A stretch of DNA of 12,370 nucleotides from Gemmatimonadales bacterium (lineage in GTDB: Bacteria; Gemmatimonadota; Gemmatimonadetes; Gemmatimonadales; GWC2-71-9), in NCBI GenBank assembly GCA_039794085.1, contig JBDIWC010000082.1, positions 1 to 12,370 on the forward strand, read 5' to 3'. Below are positions 1-8,439 of this stretch, piece by piece (the first letter of the stretch is position 1; each line of letters opens with the position of its first letter). The position numbers and the translations under genes were made by a program. The notes below the pieces were generated by a model that was given only the letters and a program-made list of their open reading frames with translations, was not told the DNA's origin and ran no database searches.

Positions 1-75
1 AAACCCTGAAGAGCCCCAAGTGGGATGCCGTCACAGACGCCGTCACACGCACGGCCGGAGCGGGTGTCCGGGGGG

Positions 76-115
76 CGCCCAAAATATTGTTGCCGTTTTG
101 TGTTCAATCTTGTCC
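76..115. repeat. Dispersed 40-bp element, copy 1
   Basis: CGCCCAAAATATTGTTGCCGTTTTGTGTTCAATCTTGTCC. 35 identities in 41 aligned columns with 6307-6346. Confidence 0.8.
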
Positions 116-287
116 GTAAGGGACTACCCCCCCCCCCCCCTGCCATTCCGGCAGGATTCTCCGGTACAAGCGTTGCCCCCCTTTTCAGCCGATCCTGCGT
201 ACCCCATGAGGAGATCTCCGCTCGATTCGGCGGGATCTCACGATTTCCTCATGGCCGGTGCGTTATTGTGACAGTGGCCCACGCCAC

Positions 288-292
288 GGAGG
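288..292 (+). promoter_or_regulatory. Shine-Dalgarno site of clpB
   Basis: GGAGG followed by AACC and ATG 297. Confidence 0.8.
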
Positions 293-296
293 AACC

Positions 297-2945
297 ATGA
301 TTCGTCCGGAACGACTGACCATCAAGGGCCAGGAGGCCTTTCGCGATGCGGCGGAGCTGGCCCGCGCGCGCGGAAATCCTGTGGTCAACGACGCCCACCT
401 CTTTCTGGCCCTGCTCAACCAGGAGGAGGGGTTGGTGCTCCCGCTCCTGCAGAAGGCCGGGGTCAATGTGACGGGGCTCCGTCATCAGGTGGAGGAGGAG
501 ATCGCCAGGTTCCCGGTGCAGGAGGGGGCGGGGGGGGCGGAGCCGAGCTTCAGCCGGGAGCTGAACCGGGTCTTTGACCGGGCCGAAACGGAGGCGAAGG
601 CCCTGGAGGACGCCTACGTCTCCGTGGAGCATCTCCTCGTGGCTCTGGCCGAAGAGAAGGGGACCACGGCCCGGGCCCTCCTGAGCGCGCAGAGTCTCTC
701 GGCGAAGGAACTCCGGTCCGCCCTGGCCGGGGTGCGGGGATCCCATCGCGTCACCGATCAGAGCCCCGAGGAGAAGTATCAGGCTCTCACACGCTATACC
801 CGCAACCTGACCGACCAGGCCCGGGCCGGGAAGCTCGATCCCGTCATCGGCCGGGATGAGGAGGTGCGGCGGGTGATGCAGGTGCTGAGCCGGCGGACCA
901 AGAACAACCCGGTCCTGATCGGGGAACCGGGCGTGGGCAAGACCGCCATCGTGGAGGGCCTGGCCCAGCGCATCGTCGATGGCGACGTGCCCGAGTCGCT
1001 CCGGCATCGGGACATCGTGGCCCTCGACATCGGATTGCTCCTGGCCGGGGCCAAGTTCCGTGGGGAATTCGAGGAGCGGCTGAAGGCGGTGGTGAAGGAG
1101 TTGACCGAGGCCGAGGGCCGCTACGTCGTGTTCATCGATGAGATGCACACGCTCGTGGGTGCCGGCGCGGCGGAGGGGGCGGTGGACGCCAGCAACCTGC
1201 TCAAGCCGGCCCTCGCCCGGGGAGAGCTGCACGTGGTGGGGGCCACGACCCTGGATGAATACCGGAAGCACGTGGAGAAGGACCCCGCGCTGGAACGGCG
1301 CTTCCAGCCGGTCATGGTGGCGCCGCCCTCGCTGGAGGACACGGTCGCCATCCTGCGGGGCCTCAAGGAGAAGTACGAGGTGCACCACGGCGTGCGCATT
1401 CGCGACAATGCGCTGGTGGCGGCGGCCACGCTCAGCGATCGGTACATCGGGGACCGTTTCCTCCCCGACAAAGCGATCGATCTCGTGGACGAGGCCGCGA
1501 GCCGCCTCCGTATCGAGATCGACTCGCTTCCTCAGGAAATTGACGAGGTGGAACGCCGGATCGTCCAGCTTGAGATCCAGCGTCAGGCTCTTCTCAATGA
1601 GAAGGACCGCGCGGGGGTCGAGCGACGCGAGGAGGTGGAGAAGGAGATCGCCAAGCTCCGGGAGGAGAGCATGCGGATGAAGACCCAGTGGCAGTCCGAA
1701 AAGGACGCCATTCAGCACATCCGCACCATGAAAGCGGAGGTCGAGTCCCACCGGCAGGAGGCCGAGCTGGCGACCCGCCGCGGCGACCTTCAGCGGGCCG
1801 CCGAGCTCCGCTATGGAAAGCTCCCCGCTCTGGAAGCGGCGATCACGAAGGAAGAGGGGCGCCTGCATGAGGTCCAGGCCACGGCCCAGTACCTCAAGGA
1901 GGAGGTCGACGCCGAGGACATCGCGGAGATCGTCGCCAAGTGGACCGGGATCCCCGTGTCCAAGATGCTCGAGTCCGACCGGGAGCGTCTCACCCGGCTG
2001 GAGGCGGAACTCCGCGAGAGGGTCGTGGGGCAGGACGAGGCCCTCGCCGCCGTGGCGAACGCGGTCCGCCGGAGCCGGGCCGGTCTGCAGGATCCGAACC
2101 GGCCCACCGGCTCCTTCATCTTTCTCGGTCCAACCGGCGTGGGCAAGACGGAAACGGCCCGCGCCCTGGCCGAGTTCCTCTTCGACGACGAACGGGCGAT
2201 GGTGCGGCTCGACATGTCGGAGTACATGGAGAAGCACTCGGTGGCCCGAATGATTGGGGCGCCCCCCGGCTACATCGGTCACGAGGAGGGGGGACAGCTC
2301 ACCGAGGCGGTGCGTCGTCGTCCCTATTGCGTGCTCCTGTTCGACGAGATCGAAAAGGCCCACCCCGACGTCTTCAACGTCCTCCTGCAGATCCTCGACG
2401 ACGGGCGGCTGACCGACAGTCAGGGCCGCCGGGTCGACTTCCGCAACACCGTCATCATCATGACCTCGAACATCGGAAGCGGCTTCATCGTCGAGGCCGG
2501 CGAAACCGATGCCGTGCGGTGGAGCACCGTGGAGGAACAGGTGCGGGGAGCGCTGCGCCAGCATTTCCGGCCGGAGTTCCTGAACCGGGTCGACGACGTG
2601 GTGGTCTTCCGGCCGCTCGGCCACGAGGAGATCCGCCAGATCGTGCGGCTCCAGCTCGGCCACCTGGCCACCCTGATGGCGGCCCGCGGGCTCACTCTGG
2701 ACGTCGCCGAGGAGGCGGCCGATCTTCTCGCCGAGCAGGGGTACGATCCGGTGTATGGGGCCCGACCACTCAAGCGGGTCATCCAGCGGACCCTGCAGAA
2801 CCCGATCGCCCTGGAGCTGCTCGAAGGTGAGTACGTCGAGGGCGACACGGTCCACGTGGCGCGGGACGGATCGTCCCTCCGGCTGGAGCGCTACGAGACC
2901 CCGGTTCCGGTACCGGAGCCGGAGACGGAAACGACCCCATTTTGA
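297..2945 (+). CDS. clpB: ATP-dependent chaperone/disaggregase ClpB (882 aa)
   Basis: N-terminal Clp repeats. NBD1 has Walker A GEPGVGKT and Walker B VVFIDE, followed by [10 protein letters not shown]. Coiled-coil M domain ([16 protein letters not shown]). NBD2 has GPTGVGKT, pore loop [14 protein letters not shown] and GARPLKR. Start placed at ATG 297 behind GGAGG (288-292) rather than GTG 258. Confidence 0.97.
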   Translation: MIRPERLTIKGQEAFRDAAELARARGNPVVNDAHLFLALLNQEEGLVLPLLQKAGVNVTGLRHQVEEEIARFPVQEGAGGAEPSFSRELNRVFDRAETEAKALEDAYVSVEHLLVALAEEKGTTARALLSAQSLSAKELRSALAGVRGSHRVTDQSPEEKYQALTRYTRNLTDQARAGKLDPVIGRDEEVRRVMQVLSRRTKNNPVLIGEPGVGKTAIVEGLAQRIVDGDVPESLRHRDIVALDIGLLLAGAKFRGEFEERLKAVVKELTEAEGRYVVFIDEMHTLVGAGAAEGAVDASNLLKPALARGELHVVGATTLDEYRKHVEKDPALERRFQPVMVAPPSLEDTVAILRGLKEKYEVHHGVRIRDNALVAAATLSDRYIGDRFLPDKAIDLVDEAASRLRIEIDSLPQEIDEVERRIVQLEIQRQALLNEKDRAGVERREEVEKEIAKLREESMRMKTQWQSEKDAIQHIRTMKAEVESHRQEAELATRRGDLQRAAELRYGKLPALEAAITKEEGRLHEVQATAQYLKEEVDAEDIAEIVAKWTGIPVSKMLESDRERLTRLEAELRERVVGQDEALAAVANAVRRSRAGLQDPNRPTGSFIFLGPTGVGKTETARALAEFLFDDERAMVRLDMSEYMEKHSVARMIGAPPGYIGHEEGGQLTEAVRRRPYCVLLFDEIEKAHPDVFNVLLQILDDGRLTDSQGRRVDFRNTVIIMTSNIGSGFIVEAGETDAVRWSTVEEQVRGALRQHFRPEFLNRVDDVVVFRPLGHEEIRQIVRLQLGHLATLMAARGLTLDVAEEAADLLAEQGYDPVYGARPLKRVIQRTLQNPIALELLEGEYVEGDTVHVARDGSSLRLERYETPVPVPEPETETTPF

Positions 2946-2968
2946 CCCCGGACGCCCGGAGAACTGCC

Positions 2969-4735
2969 ATGGGGGCGAGCCCGCACGCGGGAGGCGTCTG
3001 CTTCCGTGTCTGGGCACCCCATGCACAGCGGGTCTCGGTCATCGGGTCCTTCAACGGATGGGACGGATCCGCCCACCCCCTGCACGCCGAGGAAAACGGG
3101 TGCTGGTCTGCGGAGGTGGCGGAGGCGCGCGTGGGGGACCAGTACAAGTTTCTGTTGTCCACCGAGCACGGGGAGTTGCACCGGGTCGACCCCTATGCCC
3201 GGGCGGTGACCAGTTCGGTCGGCAACGCCATCGTGCACGACACCGCGTTCGACTGGGAGGATGACGCCTTCCAACTCCCGCCGTGGAACGAGCTGGTCAT
3301 CTACGAACTCCATGTCGGCACCTTCCACGACCGGGAGGATGTTCCGCACCCGGGGCAATTCCCCTCCGTGAGCGCCCAGCTGGCCCACCTGAGGCGGATC
3401 GGTATCAATGCCATCCAGATCATGCCGGTGGCCTCGTTCGCCGGCGACAGGTCCTGGGGGTACAACCCCTCCCACATCTTTTCGGTGGAAACGACCTACG
3501 GCGGACCGCTGGCCTTGAAGCAGTTCGTGAAGCGTGCCCACCGGGCGGGCATCGCGGTGATCCTGGACGTGGTGTACAACCACCTGGGTCCGAGTGACCT
3601 CGATCTCTGGCAGTTTGACGGCTGGAGCGAAAACGGCCGGGGCGGCATCTACTTCTACAACGATGACCGGGCGCATACGCCGTGGGGAGAGACCCGGCCC
3701 GACTACCGGCGCGAGGAGGTCCGGCGCTACATCCTGGACAACGTGACGATGTGGCTCGGCGAGTATCATCTCGACGGGCTCCGCTTCGACTCCACCCACT
3801 TTGTGCGTTCCGTCCGGGGGATCGGCGTCCACAACCTCCCGGAGGGGTGGAGCCTGCTCCAAACGATCAACGACCGGGTGGCCACGCTCTTCCCCGGGAA
3901 GGTCACCATCGCGGAGGACCTGCAGAACAACGAGTGGATCACCAGGGGAACCAGCGCCGGTGGGGCCGGCTTTGGCGCCCAGTGGGATCCCACCTTCGTC
4001 CACCCGATTCGCATCGCGGTCACGACACCGGAGGATGCGGACCGGTCGCTCGACGACGTCCGGGATGCCTTGTGTCATCGCTTTGACGAGGACGTCTTCG
4101 ATCGGGTCATCTACAGTGAGTCGCATGACGAAGTGTCGAACAAGCGGGCCCGCGTGCCCCAGGAGATCAGTCCGGACGATCCCAAGGGCTGGGATGCCCG
4201 GAAACGCTCGACGCTCGCCGCCGCGATGGTCTTCACCGCGCCCGGGATCCCGATGCTGTTCCAGGGCCAGGAATTCCTGGAGGGCGGGACCTTCCGCGAC
4301 ACCGTGCCCGTCGATTGGGACCAGCGGGACGAGTTCCATGGCATCGTCCGGCTGTATCGCGACCTCATCCGGCTGCGACTGAACCGGGCGGGTGGCACAC
4401 GGGGTCTATGCGGGCAACACATCGAGGTCCATCATCTGCACCACGAGCGCAAGATTCTCGGCTTTCACCGCTGGGACCAGGGGGGGGGGGGACCGGGAGA
4501 CGACGTGGTGGTCGTCGCCAACTTTTCCCGTGATGCGAGGAGCGAGCATCGCATCGGATTTCCCGCGGCAGGTCCCTGGAGGCTCCGCTTCAACAGCGAT
4601 TGGCAGGGCTACAGCGACGACTTCGGGAACCATCCGAGCACCGACGTCGTCGCCGAACCCGGTCCCTGTGACGGGCTTCCCGGGCAGGCGGCGATCAGCA
4701 TCGGGCCCTACAGCGTGTTGATTTACTCCCAATGA
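2969..4735 (+). CDS. GH13 alpha-amylase-family enzyme with N-terminal CBM48 (branching-enzyme/maltooligosyltrehalose trehalohydrolase-like), 588 aa
   Basis: FRVWAPHAQRVSVIG (CBM48), IYELHVGTF, WGYNP. GH13 conserved regions: DVVYNH, GLRFDST (nucleophile Asp), IAED (acid/base Glu), SHDE. Also PGIPMLFQGQE. ATG 2969 follows GGAGA (2958-2962). TTG 2942 overlapping the clpB stop is an alternative start. GlgB versus TreZ specificity cannot be resolved by eye. Confidence 0.9.
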   Translation: MGASPHAGGVCFRVWAPHAQRVSVIGSFNGWDGSAHPLHAEENGCWSAEVAEARVGDQYKFLLSTEHGELHRVDPYARAVTSSVGNAIVHDTAFDWEDDAFQLPPWNELVIYELHVGTFHDREDVPHPGQFPSVSAQLAHLRRIGINAIQIMPVASFAGDRSWGYNPSHIFSVETTYGGPLALKQFVKRAHRAGIAVILDVVYNHLGPSDLDLWQFDGWSENGRGGIYFYNDDRAHTPWGETRPDYRREEVRRYILDNVTMWLGEYHLDGLRFDSTHFVRSVRGIGVHNLPEGWSLLQTINDRVATLFPGKVTIAEDLQNNEWITRGTSAGGAGFGAQWDPTFVHPIRIAVTTPEDADRSLDDVRDALCHRFDEDVFDRVIYSESHDEVSNKRARVPQEISPDDPKGWDARKRSTLAAAMVFTAPGIPMLFQGQEFLEGGTFRDTVPVDWDQRDEFHGIVRLYRDLIRLRLNRAGGTRGLCGQHIEVHHLHHERKILGFHRWDQGGGGPGDDVVVVANFSRDARSEHRIGFPAAGPWRLRFNSDWQGYSDDFGNHPSTDVVAEPGPCDGLPGQAAISIGPYSVLIYSQ

Positions 4736-4858
4736 GGCGGTGAGGCGACCCGAGCGGGATCTGAGCCCGAGCGAGGCGGCGATCCCGCGGGACTCCCGTG
4801 CGGCACGAAGGAGGTATCTTCCAGAGACTCAGCCACTCCACCTCCGGGAGTTGCCCCC

Positions 4859-5791
4859 ATGCGTCGCCTCCTGTTCGCAATCGCCGCTGTGGTCATTGCC
4901 CTGTTCGTGGGAGCGTGGGCCTATAGGGCCTGGAAGAGCCCCGAGAGGCTCACTCTCGATGCCGCCGCCCGGGTGGCGGGCCCGGGGCAGTTCATGGTCC
5001 TCTCTCCCGGAACGACCCACTATGAGATCACCGGTCCCGACTCGGGACGCGTGGTCGTTCTGGTGCACGGGTTCTCCGTCCCCTATTACATCTGGGACTC
5101 GACCGTCGCCGGGGTGACCGCCGCGGGACATCGGGTGCTCCGATATGATCTGTATGGCCGCGGCTGGTCGGATCGGCCCGACGTCGACTACGATGGCGCG
5201 CTCTACGACGCTCAGCTCGGCGAGCTTCTCGATTCGTTGAGGATCACCGGGCCGGCGGACCTGGTCGGCCTCTCCTTTGGAGGATTCGTCACCGCCCATT
5301 TCACGGCGAATCACCCCGACCGGGTGCGGACCCTGACCCTGGTCGACCCGATGGCGGAGCGACCGGTGCTGCCCTGGGCCCTGCGCCTTCCCCTGGTCGG
5401 TCCCTGGATCTGGAAGGTGATGCATGTACCGGGCATGGCGGAGAATCAGTTGAGCGACTTTCTCCACCCCGAGCATTATCCCACGTGGCCCGATCAATAC
5501 CGTCCCCAGATGCGCTACCAGGGGTTCGGGCGGTCGCTGCTCTCGACCTTGGGCCTCGCGTCACGCGTGGATTTCGACACCCTGTACGCCCGGGCCGGTC
5601 GCACCGGGGTTCCGGCGCTGCTCATCTGGGGCAAGCAGGACCAGACGGTCCTCTTGTCGCTGTCGGAGGTGGTGCGCCGCGGCATTCCGTCGGTGGAGTT
5701 TGTTCCGGTCGATTCGGCGGGACACCTGCCGCACATCGAGCAGGCGCAGGTGGTGAATGCTCGGCTGCTGGACTTCTGGGCGACCCACTGA
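4859..5791 (+). CDS. Alpha/beta-fold hydrolase with N-terminal membrane anchor/signal (310 aa)
   Basis: Hydrophobic N-terminus (LLFAIAAVVIALFVGAWAY), oxyanion HGFS, DLYGRGWS, nucleophile elbow GLSFGG, acid in WGKQD, His in AGHLPH. GGGAG at 4846-4850 is a likely RBS. Confidence 0.9.
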   Translation: MRRLLFAIAAVVIALFVGAWAYRAWKSPERLTLDAAARVAGPGQFMVLSPGTTHYEITGPDSGRVVVLVHGFSVPYYIWDSTVAGVTAAGHRVLRYDLYGRGWSDRPDVDYDGALYDAQLGELLDSLRITGPADLVGLSFGGFVTAHFTANHPDRVRTLTLVDPMAERPVLPWALRLPLVGPWIWKVMHVPGMAENQLSDFLHPEHYPTWPDQYRPQMRYQGFGRSLLSTLGLASRVDFDTLYARAGRTGVPALLIWGKQDQTVLLSLSEVVRRGIPSVEFVPVDSAGHLPHIEQAQVVNARLLDFWATH

Positions 5792-5867
5792 GAAGGCTGG
5801 GGGCAGGTCTTGCTTTCGATTCCTGATGCCAGGGAGACTCTGATCAATTGGACGGCGCGCCAATGCC

Positions 5868-5895
5868 CGTCATCCCGAGCGAGAGCGAGGGATCT
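5868..5895 (+). repeat. REP-like palindromic element (CGTC type)
   Basis: CGTCATCCCGAGCGAGAGCGAGGGATCT with ATCCC/GGGAT arms. Resembles the GTCATCCTGAGCGAAGCGAAGGATCT class of intergenic repeats (from memory). Confidence 0.6.
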
Positions 5896-5963
5896 GAGAA
5901 GGTTGCCGGTGTACTTCCTGTCGCCTGGATTGCCCCGCTGGCCTCCCGCCAAAAACAGATCAA

Positions 5964-5987
5964 CGCAAAGGCGCCAAGGCGCAGGAA
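5964..5987 (+). repeat. Short octamer tandem repeat
   Basis: CGCAAAGG-CGCCAAGG-CGCAGGAA. Confidence 0.55.
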
Positions 5988-6217
5988 TGCACGGAGCCGG
6001 AGAAGGGACCTTTCCCAGCGCGTTCGCAGTGTTCCACAGGGTGGTGCTCGCTTGTTTTCGTGGAGGTGACAATGGTACGATTTGATTCGAGAGGTCCCGT
6101 GAAGCAAGACCTGATACCTAAGCCGGCAGAGGCGGAACCAAAGAGTTCACGAACCTGGGTCACTGCTCCGCTGGGACTCTCCCCATTCGTGAACGACCCT
6201 TGGGCCAATCTGCCAAC

Positions 6218-6249
6218 GTGTACGGGCCGTTCGCGAACGGCCTGTACAC
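6218..6249. repeat. 32-bp near-perfect palindrome (REP-like)
   Basis: GTGTACGGGCCGTTCG|CGAACGGCCTGTACAC with one G/T mismatch. Confidence 0.8.
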
Positions 6250-6268
6250 TGCCTTCCCTGCCAACCCG

Positions 6269-6288
6269 CGGCGGCCCGCGGGCCGCCG
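6269..6288. repeat. 20-bp perfect GC palindrome (REP-like)
   Basis: CGGCGGCCCG|CGGGCCGCCG. Confidence 0.7.
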
Positions 6289-6306
6289 GTGTGGGTTTCA
6301 GGCCGT

Positions 6307-6346
6307 CGCCAACAATGTTGTTGCCGTTTGTGTTCAAACTGTGTCC
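6307..6346. repeat. Dispersed 40-bp element, copy 2
   Basis: CGCCAACAATGTTGTTGCCGTTTGTGTTCAAACTGTGTCC, same orientation as 76-115. Confidence 0.8.
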
Positions 6347-6463
6347 TCGTGCCCCCAGCGGTTCAACTCGGGTTGGGGGAGGGGCACCACAGTGAACACG
6401 GAGGTCGAAATCGTCCGCTTCTTGCCGTCCCTGCGCCCTCGCGACTTTGAGTGGAGGCAGTTT

Positions 6464-6522
6464 CAGGAGCTTCGTGCCCTTCTCCAGGAGCTTCGTGCCC
6501 TTCGTGTCTTCGTGTCTTCGTG
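6464..6522. repeat. CTTCGTG tandem repeat cluster with 19-bp direct duplication
   Basis: CAGGAGCTTCGTGCCCTTC at 6464-6482 and 6485-6503. CTTCGTG starts at 6470, 6491, 6500, 6508 and 6516. Confidence 0.85.
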
Positions 6523-6536
6523 TGTGTCCGTTGCAA

Positions 6537-6563
6537 TGGACCCCGGCGTTCGCCGGAGTGGCG
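6537..6563 (-). repeat. REP-like palindromic element
   Basis: Minus strand reads CGCCACTCCGGCGAACGCCGGGGTCCA, with a CCGGCG/CGCCGG stem. Resembles the GTCACCCCGGCGAAAGCCGGGGTCCA class (from memory). Confidence 0.6.
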
Positions 6564-6688
6564 TGCGGGTGGCAAAATGGGTCCGAGGGCCCATTGATCA
6601 GAGATCCCCTGAACAGGAACGCGACCATTTGTCACGGTTGTGAATCGGAAGGAGAGGTCGGGAACCCATCACAGGAATGGAGAGCACA

Positions 6689-8354
<1,666 letters not shown>

Positions 8355-8439
8355 ATCCCATTACTTTGCAGTGAGTGGGGAGCGAACCCGACCCTGCCAA
8401 ACGGAAAAAATCTTTCGCCCAACTCTGGAGTGCCCGCCG

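Noticed and set aside
27..47. GCCGTCACA direct repeat (27-35, 39-47)
   Set aside because: Only two 9-mers at the window edge, with too little context to assign a function.
249..3026. 925-aa antisense ORF opposite clpB
   Set aside because: Shadow ORF produced by GC-rich codon bias on the ClpB strand. It has no recognisable domain.
2891..4339. 482-aa antisense ORF opposite the GH13 gene
   Set aside because: Shadow of a well-supported + strand gene, with no motifs.
4736..4800. GCGGGATC/GATCCCGC inverted repeat after the GH13 gene as a terminator
   Set aside because: Large loop and no U tract. More likely a degenerate REP-like remnant, so it was not called.
6145..6346. Possible CRISPR array or integron attC sites (48-nt GCCAAC period)
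   Set aside because: The shared unit is only 6 nt. There is no conserved 23-47-bp repeat, no cas or intI gene, and no RYYYAAC...GTTRRRY pairing.
5960..6643. ORFs 5960-6628 (-) and 6200-6643 (+)
   Set aside because: They translate through palindromes and octamer repeats (HEDTKGTK / ELRALLQELRALRVFVS). No clear RBS and no family motif such as GxxExxY.
8355..8439. GGGGAGCG after tadA resembles part of a ZTP riboswitch; tRNA also considered
   Set aside because: Lacks the GACUGG and CGCCUGGG elements, and no cloverleaf or T-loop is present.
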